In this document: positions 1 to 8,648 of the stretch, piece after piece
How positions within the stretch are numbered: the stretch's first letter is position 1
Layout: every line of letters begins with the position of its first letter
Source: an uncultured Lentisphaeria bacterium
GTDB taxonomy: Bacteria > Fidelibacterota > UBA8477 > JABMPR01
DNA: 64,000 bases
Assembly: GCA_964578155.1 (NCBI GenBank)
Contig: CAZOBQ010000002.1
Location: 54,872-118,871, forward strand
Direction of reading: 5' to 3'
Translations under genes and position numbers: made by a program
Notes under the pieces: generated by a model
Told to the model about the DNA's origin: nothing
The model's database searches: none
What the model saw: only the letters and a program-made list of their open reading frames with translations

Positions 1-374
1 ACATTCATGAGAGTGTTTACTCGGCCTGTCTGGGCGAACGTCAAAAATGTGGAACAGAAGCTCTGGCTGTGATTGAAATGGCTACGGTTGCCGGGGTGCT
101 TCAAGGTGCTGATGCAGCGATGAAGGGCGCCAATGTTGAGCTGGTGGAATTACGTTTGGCTGATGATCTGGGTGGAAAATCAATCGCCATTTATGCCGGC
201 AAAGTTGAAGACGTTGAGATAGCGAACTCACTCTCTGAAGAAGCCCTGGAAAAACCAGAATTACTTCTATCACAGACCATTATTCCAAGAATTGATCCTG
301 AGCTGGCCAAGCAGATCGACGCCACAACCTATTTTTCCAAATCGGAACTGGCAAACCTGGCGCAGGGAGAATAA
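1..374 (+). CDS. BMC-domain microcompartment shell protein, 5'-truncated by the window edge
   Basis: The frame is open from nt 3, with no stop upstream of the listed GTG at 69. The translation ...ALAVIEMATVAGVLQGADAAMKGANVELV...SIAIYAGKVEDVE...TIIPRIDPEL fits the canonical BMC-domain pattern. The upstream residues (..SACLGERQKCGTE) suggest a preceding domain, so this may be a tandem BMC-T. Confidence 0.75.
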   Translation, partial: IHESVYSACLGERQKCGTEALAVIEMATVAGVLQGADAAMKGANVELVELRLADDLGGKSIAIYAGKVEDVEIANSLSEEALEKPELLLSQTIIPRIDPELAKQIDATTYFSKSELANLAQGE

Positions 375-652
375 TGCTGCTTGGTAAAGTTATCGGTACA
401 CTGACACCAGCTGTTGTGGCTGAAGGCCTGGAGGGCACACCCATGCTTATGGTGCAACCTCTGGATAAATACCAGAAGCCGGAAGGGGAGGCCGTTGTCG
501 CAGCAGACCCAACCCGCATGGCCGGTCCAGGTGAATTGATTTATTATGAAAGCTCTCGGGAAGCAGCTCTTTTATGCGACCCCTGGTTTGTTCCTGTGGA
601 TCATGCTGTCGTCGGGATTGTGGATGACATTCAGATCCAAAAAACACTATAG
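374..652 (+). CDS. EutN/CcmL-family BMC vertex (pentamer) protein
   Basis: 92 aa: MLLGKVIGTL...PMLMVQPL...AVVAADPTRMAGPGELIYYESSREAA...PVDHAVVGIVDDI. This is the typical EutN/CcmL/PduN layout. Its start overlaps the upstream stop (ATAATG). Confidence 0.8.
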   Translation: MLLGKVIGTLTPAVVAEGLEGTPMLMVQPLDKYQKPEGEAVVAADPTRMAGPGELIYYESSREAALLCDPWFVPVDHAVVGIVDDIQIQKTL

Positions 653-731
653 AAATGGTAATTAGCCACGGATGCCTGTATTGAGCAACGTCGAAATGAA
701 ACACTGATGAACAATAGAATATCTACTTTTA

Positions 732-808
732 GTCTTTGCGAGAAGCGTAGCGACGAAGCAATCTCGGACTTGAGATCGCCGCGCTCTTTTCAGTCGCTCG
801 CGAAGACC
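732..808. repeat. Imperfect palindromic repeat element (family R2)
   Basis: The ends gtctttgcgag (732-742) and ctcgcgaagac (798-808) are inverted complements at 10/11. The inner arms gcaatctc / gagatcgc are also complementary at 7/8. The 11-mer ctcgcaaagac recurs exactly at 6241-6251. It lies in the 220-nt spacer between the two EutN genes. Confidence 0.55.
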
Positions 809-872
809 AATCAAAAACCATCCATGAAAATCTGTGTAGATCAGTGGCTAAAGAAAGAAAAATGGTGAAATT

Positions 873-1148
873 GTGATCCTCGGTAAAGTTTGCGGAACCA
901 TCCACTCCACTATCAATCATCCCTTTTATGACGGGAAGCGCCTGCTGGTTGTTGATAAGCTGGATGCTTTTCAAAAACCTACTGGAAAATATTTGATCGC
1001 AATTGATAGCGTCGATGCTGGTGTGGGAGAAACGGTTCTCATGCTTGATGAGGGCAATGGTGCTCGTCAGATAGTTGGAGATTCCATGGCTCCGCTTCGT
1101 TCTGTCATCGTCGGAATTGTGGACGATGTTCATTTGTCACAAATTTAG
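873..1148 (+). CDS. EutN/CcmL-family BMC vertex protein (second paralog)
   Basis: 91 aa with a GTG start: MILGKVCGTIHSTINHP...KRLLVVDKL...IAIDSVDAGVGETVLMLDEGNGARQ...SVIVGIVDDV. Confidence 0.8.
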   Translation: MILGKVCGTIHSTINHPFYDGKRLLVVDKLDAFQKPTGKYLIAIDSVDAGVGETVLMLDEGNGARQIVGDSMAPLRSVIVGIVDDVHLSQI

Positions 1149-1178
1149 CAAATAATTCCATCACTCGTTATACTCAGT

Positions 1179-1203
1179 GCGTCATCCTGAGCCCGTCGAA
1201 GGA
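1179..1203. repeat. Dispersed repeat, family U (short form)
   Basis: gcgtcatcctgagcccgtcgaagga. The same core GTCAYSCTGAGCCYGTCGAAGG occurs at 7032-7057, 14483-14506, 22325-22348 and 58546-58569. Confidence 0.8.
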
Positions 1204-1217
1204 CAAAGCACGACGGT

Positions 1218-1511
1218 TCATTTCCGTTTACAGTATGCTGTAGATAAATCTGGCAACTGGTCATAGTTCTCGTTTATAAGGGCCATTTTCTTATCTCTAC
1301 GCCATCCCTTAACTTGTTTCTCGAGTACAATTGCATCTTGAATTACTAACTCATCCGAGATCCAAATCAATTTAAAGGGCCTTCGTTTAGACACATATGT
1401 GATTCCCTCATCCTCCTCGTGTTCGGCAAGCCGTCTTTCAATACTGTTTGTTATTCCTGTATAGAATGAACGATCAGAACATTCAAGGATATACACATAT
1501 CCTGTTTTCAT
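1218..1511 (-). CDS. GIY-YIG nuclease-domain protein (small, catalytic domain only; UPF0213/YhbQ-like)
   Basis: 97 aa: GYVYILECSDRSFYTGITNSIERRLAEH...LEKQVKGWRRDKK. The GIY and YIG elements and the conserved R/E positions are present. It is a paralog of the ORFs at 7902-8225 and 14032-14328. Confidence 0.85.
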   Translation of the reverse strand: MKTGYVYILECSDRSFYTGITNSIERRLAEHEEDEGITYVSKRRPFKLIWISDELVIQDAIVLEKQVKGWRRDKKMALINENYDQLPDLSTAYCKRK

Positions 1512-1581
1512 TATTGGACTCCAGATTTAGTAAATGGTTTCTGTAAAATAATTAACAAGCGTGTAATAGCAAGTTATGGAA

Positions 1582-1637
1582 GGTCGACCCTTCGACCTTT
1601 CGACTTCGCTCAAGACAGGCTTACTCAGGGTGACGAG
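1582..1637. repeat. Dispersed repeat, family U (long form, inverted relative to 1179-1203)
   Basis: ggtcgacccttcgacctttcgacttcgctcaagacaggcttactcagggtgacga. Its reverse complement starts tcgtcaccctgag and ends gtcgaaggg, which is the U core with an internal insertion of about 26 nt. A near-identical copy lies at 58489-58534. Confidence 0.8.
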
Positions 1638-1725
1638 ATACTTTTCACAACGAAAGATAGTGTACAAATCACCTTGGTGAAACTCCCTGAATAGTCTATC
1701 CTGTTACGGAAAATAAGGACCAAAT

Positions 1726-3141
1726 ATGAGTGATGTGATTAGAGGTGGTAAAGAAGGTTTAAAAAAGGGTCAGGATATTGAACTGACCATTGAAAGCCTA
1801 GCTTTTGGCGGTAAGGGAATGACCCATGTAGACGGCCTGGCTATTTTTGTTGAAAGAGTGATCCCCGGTCAAAAGGTCTTGGCTCGGATCGTTAAAAAGA
1901 AAAAGAGTTTTGCCGAAGCCTATCCTCTGGAAATCCTGGAAAAAGCTCCCAATGAGATCGAAGCAAAATGTCCTGCGTTTGGAACTTGTGGAGGCTGTCG
2001 TATCCAGAATCTGGAATATTCAGATCAGCTCAAGGAAAAAACCACCCAAGTTCGTGACCTGATCCAGCGAGTCGGTGGTTTTGAAGGTTTTGAAGTACCT
2101 GAAGCATTGCCATCACCATCAGAATTTCACTATCGTAATAAGATGGAATTCACCTTTACACCTAACCCATGGCGTAATCATCCTGATGATGAAGATGAAC
2201 CCATCGGTCTGGGACAACATATCCCAGGACGTTTTGATAAAGTCGTACATATCGAAACCTGTCATCTCCAAAAACCCATTATGAATGAGATCATGAATTT
2301 TGTGTTCGCTTTTGCCCAGGAACATGGCTGGGAAGCTTACAATAATAGAACCCATGTAGGTTGGGCACGTAACCTGGTGTTGCGTTATGGTGAACACACA
2401 GATGATATCATGGTTAACCTGGTTACCAAGACCTACGAAAAACAACACATGCAGGTTTTTAAAAAAGCCATTATGTCCCAATTTCCACAGATTAGCACGC
2501 TGATTAACAGCATTACCTCTAGGTTATCTGACGTCGCCATAGGTGAAACCGAGGTTTTCCTCCATGGACCAGGCAGCATCAGGGATCGCCTGGGCGAATC
2601 TGAATTTGAAATTTCTGCATCTTCTTTTTTCCAGACCAATACTCGCCAGGCAGAAGTGCTTTATGCCGAAGCTTTAAAGGGAACAGACCTAAAAGGTGGG
2701 GAAGTGGTCTATGATCTGTATTGCGGCACTGGCACCATTGCCTTGTTCCTCGCCAAACAAGCCAAAAAAGTGTATGGTTTTGAATTGATTGCCAGTTCTG
2801 TGAAGAATGCCCGCAGGAATGCCAAGGCACAGGGATTTGAAAATGTGGAGTTCATTCTGGGAGATCTCAAGGATGTCCTCTGGCAGAATGTGGACCGCAT
2901 TGAACCAGCTGATGTGATTGTGGTAGATCCACCTCGCGCAGGCTTACATCAGAAAGTGGTGGATGATATTCTGAATGTCGGACCCAAGAAGTTGGTCTAT
3001 GTCTCCTGTAACCCTTCAACTTTGGCTCGGGATCTTAAGTTATTTTGTGAAACCGATTATAAACTGTTGAGTGTTCAGCCGGTGGACATGTTTCCCCATA
3101 CAGCTCATATTGAAACGGTAGCACAGTTAGTTAAGCTTTAG
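1726..3141 (+). CDS. TRAM-domain, Fe-S-containing 23S rRNA (uracil-5)-methyltransferase, RumA/RlmD family
   Basis: 471 aa with an N-terminal TRAM-like segment. It carries the Cys cluster CPAFGTCGGCRIQN, the SAM-binding motif DLYCGTGTIAL, and VDPPRAG ... SCNPSTLARD. Confidence 0.85.
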   Translation: MSDVIRGGKEGLKKGQDIELTIESLAFGGKGMTHVDGLAIFVERVIPGQKVLARIVKKKKSFAEAYPLEILEKAPNEIEAKCPAFGTCGGCRIQNLEYSDQLKEKTTQVRDLIQRVGGFEGFEVPEALPSPSEFHYRNKMEFTFTPNPWRNHPDDEDEPIGLGQHIPGRFDKVVHIETCHLQKPIMNEIMNFVFAFAQEHGWEAYNNRTHVGWARNLVLRYGEHTDDIMVNLVTKTYEKQHMQVFKKAIMSQFPQISTLINSITSRLSDVAIGETEVFLHGPGSIRDRLGESEFEISASSFFQTNTRQAEVLYAEALKGTDLKGGEVVYDLYCGTGTIALFLAKQAKKVYGFELIASSVKNARRNAKAQGFENVEFILGDLKDVLWQNVDRIEPADVIVVDPPRAGLHQKVVDDILNVGPKKLVYVSCNPSTLARDLKLFCETDYKLLSVQPVDMFPHTAHIETVAQLVKL

Positions 3142-3146
3142 GCGAT

Positions 3147-3848
3147 TTGCATACAGAGACTAACAGATTGAGCCCAATTTCTTTTAAAGATTCATTTTTG
3201 GATCTGGCTCTCTACATCTCAGTCATGTTTTTGATTAGGGAAATATATTTTTCCAATGTCGGGTTTCTGACAAATGGTCTTTTTTGGTCATTATCCACTC
3301 TAGTGGTGGCAAGCTGGAGAATGAAAGTGCGAGGGGTGAGCTGGAAAGACTTGGGTTTACACAAACCTGAAAGTTATAAAAAAACACTGCTAATCTCAGG
3401 TGGGATTCTTGCCGTGACTCTAGTATCTATTGTCGTCTTCCATCTTATTAAGGATCAGATACCATTTTTGGTGGCTCCCGAATCCTCCCCAGAAGATAGT
3501 GGCTCTAAATTTGGCGACCTTAAAGGAAACTGGCTACTTTTCTTTTCAATAATTCCACTGGTTTTAGTCCAATCATTCTTGGAGGAACTCTTGGATAGAG
3601 GGTTCTTAATGAATTGGTTTGAACAGCTATTTTCAAAGACTTCTTTTGCCACAATCCTGGCCGTGTTAGTTCAGGCGGTGATTTTTGGTTTTAGGCATTC
3701 CCATGATCTATCAGAACGATCAATAACAGTCGCCCTTATTGGCTTAACGATGGGAACAGCCTATATGGTGTTTGGCCGAAATTTATGGCCATTAATTATC
3801 GCTCATGGTGTACTCAATACAATATCTATGGTTGGAAGAGTAAACTAA
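3147..3848 (+). CDS. CPBP-family intramembrane protease (CAAX/Abi type)
   Basis: Multi-TM protein with the three CPBP motifs: EELLDRGF, FGFRHSH and AHGVLN. The TTG start is uncertain. Confidence 0.7.
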   Translation: MHTETNRLSPISFKDSFLDLALYISVMFLIREIYFSNVGFLTNGLFWSLSTLVVASWRMKVRGVSWKDLGLHKPESYKKTLLISGGILAVTLVSIVVFHLIKDQIPFLVAPESSPEDSGSKFGDLKGNWLLFFSIIPLVLVQSFLEELLDRGFLMNWFEQLFSKTSFATILAVLVQAVIFGFRHSHDLSERSITVALIGLTMGTAYMVFGRNLWPLIIAHGVLNTISMVGRVN

Positions 3849-3929
3849 AAGTCCCAACGAATCTTACCTTTTGGCTCGTGATTTGTACCTCTAAAAGAGC
3901 TAGCAACTAAGACACTCAAAAAGGGGAAT

Positions 3930-4661
3930 ATGATGGACAATGAAATACTGATACTGATAGCAACAGCTGCTTCACTGGGCTTTTTTCACACCTTGTTAGG
4001 ACCAGATCATTATTTACCGTTTATCGTTTTGTCAAAGGCCAGAAAGTGGTCTACCGTAAAAACAATATGGATCACAGCCCTCTGCGGTTTGGGACACGTT
4101 GGCAGCACCGTGCTGTTGGGTTTGATTGGTGTTGGATTTGGTATCGGCTTAAAAAAGCTGGAAATTATTGAAACCTTTCGAGGAGACTGGGCAGCCTGGG
4201 GCTTTTTAATCTTTGGTGTAGCTTACCTCGTTTGGGCAATTTGGAAACTCAACAAAGGTACAGCCCATAAACACATTCATGCTCACGATCTTACGGTTCA
4301 CGTGCATCCTCATGACCATCACCATACAGCAGGGAGCATGTTGGAAACCAACCATACGCATCCTCACGAAGACAAATCCAAGAACATTACACCCTGGGTC
4401 TTATTTTTGATTTTTGTGCTGGGCCCTTGTGAGCCTCTCATTCCTGTGCTGGTTTATCCTGCTGCCCAGGAATCCATGGCTGGTCTCATTGCTGTAATAG
4501 CAACGTTTACCACTATCACCGTACTCACCATGGTGGGGATTGTGTTGGCAGTCAATTATGGGTTTTCGTTTATTAAAACCAGCAAGCTTGAAAAGTATGT
4601 ACATGTCATCGCTGGCGTAACCGTTATTCTTAGTGGAGCCTTGATTCTCCTGGGCCTTTAG
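3930..4661 (+). CDS. Putative Ni/Co-type metal transporter with a His-rich loop (HupE/UreJ- or RcnA-like signature)
   Basis: Six or seven predicted TM segments. The N-terminal GFFHTLLGPDH fits the H-x3-G-x-DH spacing. The central loop is HKHIHAHDLTVHVHPHDHHHTAGSMLETNHTHPHED. Confidence 0.4.
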   Translation: MMDNEILILIATAASLGFFHTLLGPDHYLPFIVLSKARKWSTVKTIWITALCGLGHVGSTVLLGLIGVGFGIGLKKLEIIETFRGDWAAWGFLIFGVAYLVWAIWKLNKGTAHKHIHAHDLTVHVHPHDHHHTAGSMLETNHTHPHEDKSKNITPWVLFLIFVLGPCEPLIPVLVYPAAQESMAGLIAVIATFTTITVLTMVGIVLAVNYGFSFIKTSKLEKYVHVIAGVTVILSGALILLGL

Positions 4662-4693
4662 ACAATAAATGGGTAAAGACTAAATAATCCTCG

Positions 4694-6073
4694 ATGTTCA
4701 TTAGCACACTAGAGCTATTTACTCTGGGAATTGGCCCCTCCAGCTCACACACCGTCGGACCAATGGTGGCTGCTGGTAGGTTTAGGGGGTTGTTAAAAGC
4801 AGAATTCACAAGCAGTAAAGCAGAAGAAAAACTACATCTTCAATGCACACTTAAAGGCTCCCTGTCCTACACGGGAAAGGGTCATGCGTCAGACAAGGCA
4901 ATTGCCCTGGGACTCCATGGTTTCACCCCGGAAAAATTACTAAATCAAAATGTAGATGACATTATCCAACAGCTCTGGACTCTTCCCGCCTTTAACGTTG
5001 GGGCTGACATTACAGTTAAGTTCTCACCTGAAAATGATATTCTATTTGATCGTGGTGAGCCATTACCTGAACATACCAACGGAATGATCTTTAGACTTGT
5101 AGATTCAACAGGAAAGATCATAAAAGAAGAGACCTATTTTTCCATTGGTGGTGGTTTTGTGCATACCCGGGTAAGAATAAATGCAATCGTAGCACCTCTA
5201 AAAATGGAATCTAGCAAAGGTACGCCCTATCCATTTGACTCGGCAAAACGGATGCTATCTCTGGCTAGGGAGAGCGGTTTTTCTATCGCAGCCATGAAGC
5301 GGGTCAACGAATTAGAATATATGTCGGAAGGAAAACTAAACCAGGGGCTTGATAGTATTTGGTCTGCCATGAAAGACTGTGTGGAAAGAGGTCTTAAGGC
5401 AGAAGGTGATCTCCCCGGGGGTTTGGGGCTCCAACGCCGAGCTGCTAAATTACACAAACAATTACTGGGCAATCCGGAGGATGGTAATGTCACCGACTGG
5501 CTCTGTGCCTACGCCATGGCTATTAGTGAGGAAAATGCTGCTGGTCATCCTGTCGTAACTGCTCCCACAAATGGAGCTGCTGGAGTGATACCCGCCATTT
5601 TGTATTACTGGACCGAGCATCGCAATGGAACCCTTGATCAGGTCCGTGATTTTCTATTATCTGCCGCTGCAATTGGTGGACTCATCAAGTTACGAAGTTC
5701 AATCTCCGGTGCTGAGGTGGGCTGTCAGGGGGAAGTTGGCTCTGCGTCATCAATGGCTGCGGCAGGCCTATGTGCCATACGCGGTGGAACACCAGAACAG
5801 GTTGAAAATGCTGCAGAGATCGCTCTGGAGCACCATCTTGGAGTCACTTGCGATCCTGTTAATGGACTGGTTCAGGTTCCCTGTATTGAGCGTAATGGTT
5901 TTGGCGCCATTAAAGCCTATACAGCAGCATCATTAGCTTTGCGGGGAACGGGACAACATTTTATGTCATTGGATAACTGTATTTCGGCCATGAAACAAAC
6001 AGGACTGGAAATGTCAGCAAAGTTTAAAGAGACCGCCCTTGGGGGCTTAGCGGTAAGCATTACCGAGTGTTAA
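4694..6073 (+). CDS. sdaA: L-serine ammonia-lyase (single-chain, iron-sulfur dependent)
   Basis: 459 aa with the hallmark N-terminus LFTLGIGPSSSHTVGPM and the later GAEVGCQGEVGSASSMAA motif. Confidence 0.9.
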   Translation: MFISTLELFTLGIGPSSSHTVGPMVAAGRFRGLLKAEFTSSKAEEKLHLQCTLKGSLSYTGKGHASDKAIALGLHGFTPEKLLNQNVDDIIQQLWTLPAFNVGADITVKFSPENDILFDRGEPLPEHTNGMIFRLVDSTGKIIKEETYFSIGGGFVHTRVRINAIVAPLKMESSKGTPYPFDSAKRMLSLARESGFSIAAMKRVNELEYMSEGKLNQGLDSIWSAMKDCVERGLKAEGDLPGGLGLQRRAAKLHKQLLGNPEDGNVTDWLCAYAMAISEENAAGHPVVTAPTNGAAGVIPAILYYWTEHRNGTLDQVRDFLLSAAAIGGLIKLRSSISGAEVGCQGEVGSASSMAAAGLCAIRGGTPEQVENAAEIALEHHLGVTCDPVNGLVQVPCIERNGFGAIKAYTAASLALRGTGQHFMSLDNCISAMKQTGLEMSAKFKETALGGLAVSITEC

Positions 6074-6239
6074 TTTCAACAAGTGGCTTGAACAAGGGTT
6101 AACCCTTTGTGAATAGCGCAGTTTTTCGGAACAAAGTCAAGTTTTCATCATATATTCTAACGATATTTATTAAGGTAAGGTCTGTTGGGACAGGTCGAAC
6201 CGGCGTGAATATCAATTGAAGAATGAAACGAATAAACCA

Positions 6240-6318
6240 TCTCGCAAAGACCGCAAAGGCAAATATTAATCAAAAAACACAAATGATTATACTCTGCATC
6301 TCTGCGCGCTCTGCGAGA
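6240..6318. repeat. Repeat element (family R2 copy)
   Basis: tctcgcaaag (6240-6249) and ctctgcgaga (6309-6318) are inverted complements at 9/10. ctcgcaaagac is the exact reverse complement of 732-742. Confidence 0.45.
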
Positions 6319-6351
6319 GAACACTTAAATATTTCCACAAGGAGTTAAATT

Positions 6352-6942
6352 GTGAAAAAGAGTACTATTGTAATTATTGCTATTGTGCTGGTGATCTTCT
6401 TAATGGTCAGTAATGCCATTGGAAAATACAACAGCATGGTCAGTCTCGAAGAAGGTGTAGACGCTGCCTGGTCTCAGGTCGAAAATGTCTATCAACGTCG
6501 TGCTGATCTTATTCCCAACTTGGTTGCCACAGTAAAAGGCTACGCTGAGCATGAACAAGAAACCTTTATCGCTGTTACTGAAGCCCGTTCCAAAGTTGGC
6601 AGTATCAACATGGAAGGTATGGCTGACAATCCTGCAGCTTTGCAGAAGTTTCAGGCCGCTCAGGGACAACTTACCAGTGCCTTGAGTCGACTTATGGTTG
6701 TGGTTGAAAAATATCCGGACCTGAAAGCCAATCAGAATTTTCTTAATCTCCAGACACAACTGGAAGGTACAGAAAACCGAATCTCAGTTGAGCGCAACCG
6801 GTTTAACAAAACGGCACAAGCATACAATACTGTGATCAGACGCTTCCCCGGATCAATGTACGCTGGCTTTTTTGGTTTTGATCGCAAAGCATACTTTGAA
6901 GCAGAGTCCGGAGCAGAAACAGCGCCCGAGGTTGAGTTTTAA
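6352..6942 (+). CDS. lemA: LemA family protein
   Basis: N-terminal TM segment followed by YNSMVSLEEGVDAAWSQVENVYQRRADLIPNLV. It has a GTG start preceded by AAGGAG. Confidence 0.85.
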   Translation: MKKSTIVIIAIVLVIFLMVSNAIGKYNSMVSLEEGVDAAWSQVENVYQRRADLIPNLVATVKGYAEHEQETFIAVTEARSKVGSINMEGMADNPAALQKFQAAQGQLTSALSRLMVVVEKYPDLKANQNFLNLQTQLEGTENRISVERNRFNKTAQAYNTVIRRFPGSMYAGFFGFDRKAYFEAESGAETAPEVEF

Positions 6943-6973
6943 TAAAAATTTGATAAGCAATGGTTCTGAGACA

Positions 6974-7057
6974 CTTCGACAGGCCTGTACTGAGCATGGT
7001 CGAAGTGCCCAGGGTGACAAGCTGCAAGAGTGCGTCATGCTGAGCCTGTCGAAGTAT
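6974..7057. repeat. Compound family-U repeat forming a long imperfect hairpin
   Basis: cttcgacagg (6974-6983) pairs perfectly with cctgtcgaag (7045-7054). ctgagcatg (6990-6998) pairs with catgctgag (7036-7044) at 8/9. An inverted U copy tcgaagtgcccagggtgac lies inside. Confidence 0.7.
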
Positions 7058-7102
7058 AGCACGGTCATTTATACAGATAACTGTTACAAAAAATGAGACA
7101 AA

Positions 7103-7837
7103 ATGAAATTAAATAAATACCTCCACCTTGCTTTGTTTTTATTCCTCACATCAAGCCTTATTGCTGATGGTATCTATCCCGACCGCATTAATAAGCATGT
7201 CAACGACTGGGCAGATATACTCTCTTCCAGCCAGGAAAGTCAAATTGAAAACGCTCTAAAGAAACACCAGGCCCAATCATCAAATCAGATCGTGGTAGCG
7301 ACGTTTCCATCCTTAGAGGGTGAAAGTCTTGAAGATGTTTCTGTGCGTATGTTTGAAGCCTGGAAGCTGGGTCAGTCAGGAAAAGATAATGGTGTATTGC
7401 TCAGCATTTTCAAGCAGGAACGAAAAATCCGAATTGAGGTTGGCTACGGTCTTGAAGGTGCCTTACCTGATATTACTGCCGGCAAAATCATTCGCAATGA
7501 GATCACTCCCCTTTTTAAGGAGGGTCAGTGGTATGGAGGTGTCGTTGCCGGGCTGAATGGAATTATTCAAGCAGTCCAAGGTGAATACACCGGCAGTGAC
7601 AGACCTCGTTCACAAAGACAAAAAGAAAAAAGTAGTCCCCTCGGCTTACTCTTTCCTCTAATCATTTTCTTACTTCTCGGTCGTGGTCGTATGGGTGGAC
7701 TTGGCGGCTTTTTTCTAGGATCCATGCTAGGCTCAGCCATGGGTGGCCGACACGGTGGTGGCGGTGGCTTCGGAGGAGGAGGATTCTCTGGCGGGGGTGG
7801 CTTTGGAGGAGGCGGAGGCGCTTCAGGCGGCTGGTAG
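7103..7837 (+). CDS. TPM-domain protein (YgcG-like) with a Gly-rich C-terminal tail
   Basis: Signal/TM N-terminus, then VNDWADILS...QIVVATFPSLEGESLED...GVLLSIFKQERKIRIEVGYGLEG. A TM segment and a GGGGFGGGG tail follow. This is the usual LemA-TPM pairing. Confidence 0.75.
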   Translation: MKLNKYLHLALFLFLTSSLIADGIYPDRINKHVNDWADILSSSQESQIENALKKHQAQSSNQIVVATFPSLEGESLEDVSVRMFEAWKLGQSGKDNGVLLSIFKQERKIRIEVGYGLEGALPDITAGKIIRNEITPLFKEGQWYGGVVAGLNGIIQAVQGEYTGSDRPRSQRQKEKSSPLGLLFPLIIFLLLGRGRMGGLGGFFLGSMLGSAMGGRHGGGGGFGGGGFSGGGGFGGGGGASGGW

Positions 7838-7844
7838 CAATCCC

Positions 7845-7869
7845 GGACATTGAGCTCGTCGAAATGTCC
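7845..7869. repeat. Hairpin repeat H1 (possible terminator of the TPM gene)
   Basis: ggacatt-gagctcgtcga-aatgtcc: a 7-bp stem with an 11-nt loop, 8 nt after the TPM stop codon. ttgagctcgtcgaaa (7850-7864) is the perfect reverse complement of 8194-8208. Confidence 0.7.
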
Positions 7870-7901
7870 AGTATTACATTATTAAGAAAAAGGAACGGCA
7901 A

Positions 7902-8225
7902 GTGTCAGTAGGGTATCTCTACATATTAGAGTGTTCTGATAGAACATTCTATACGGGCAGTACAAAAGATATCGAAATGAGAATGCAACAGCATCAAGCT
8001 GGAGAAGGCTCCATTTATACCAAAAAGAGATTGCCAGTAAAATTACTGTACGTAGAAGAATTTCCACGGATTGATGAGGCTTTCTATCGAGAGAAACAAG
8101 TTCAGGGGTGGAATAGGAAAAAGAAAGTTGCGTTGATGGAAGGTAAGGTGAAAGACTTGCCTGGCTTGTCTACCGCTTACTATAAAAAGGAGGTTTCGAC
8201 GAGCTCAACCTCCGGGTCTGGATAG
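7902..8225 (+). CDS. GIY-YIG nuclease-domain protein (paralog 2)
   Basis: 107 aa: GYLYILECSDRTFYTGSTKDIEMRMQQH...REKQVQGWNRKKK. The C-terminal ..EVSTSSTSGSG is encoded by repeat H2. Confidence 0.85.
   Translation: MSVGYLYILECSDRTFYTGSTKDIEMRMQQHQAGEGSIYTKKRLPVKLLYVEEFPRIDEAFYREKQVQGWNRKKKVALMEGKVKDLPGLSTAYYKKEVSTSSTSGSG
8189..8213. repeat. Hairpin repeat H2
   Basis: ggaggtt-tcgacgagctc-aacctcc: a 7-bp stem with an 11-nt loop. The loop is the reverse complement of the H1 loop. It overlaps the 3' ends of both the GIY-YIG gene and rseC. Confidence 0.7.
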
Positions 8226-8648
8226 CACTCTCACATTCAGATATTTTGAGGGGATCAGGTTTACCAATCTCTGGATCATATTTCGGGCAATAAAGAAGCT
8301 CGCACCCAACCCAAGCAATGCCACTATAAATGCGAGTAATTCTTTAGCTATGATGGTTTGGGGTATTATGTATCCAAAACCCAATCCTAACAAGAAAGCT
8401 ATCATAGGAATGCCAAATTGAATCAAAGCAAGATGAAGCTCTAGGTTTCCTATCTCTTCGATTTGAACCCTTTGGCCCACAGAATAATTCCCTCGAAAAG
8501 GGAGAGTTAATCTACGTTGGGAAGATTTCCCCGGGGCGCAGACCACCTTAAGACCACAAGTATCACAAGCGTCTTTTGTCTCAAAAGAAATAGCTATTTG
8601 GGTCTCTGTTATTTCTTGAATAACGCCACTTTCGCCGTTAAACAACAT
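8205..8648 (-). CDS. rseC: RseC/MucC-family protein (Rnf/SoxR-reducing-system associated)
   Basis: 147 aa. The N-terminal beta domain has CDTCGLKVVC, followed by two TM helices. It is the last gene of the rnf operon and overlaps the rnfB stop. Confidence 0.65.
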   Translation of the reverse strand: MLFNGESGVIQEITETQIAISFETKDACDTCGLKVVCAPGKSSQRRLTLPFRGNYSVGQRVQIEEIGNLELHLALIQFGIPMIAFLLGLGFGYIIPQTIIAKELLAFIVALLGLGASFFIARNMIQRLVNLIPSKYLNVRVLSRPGG

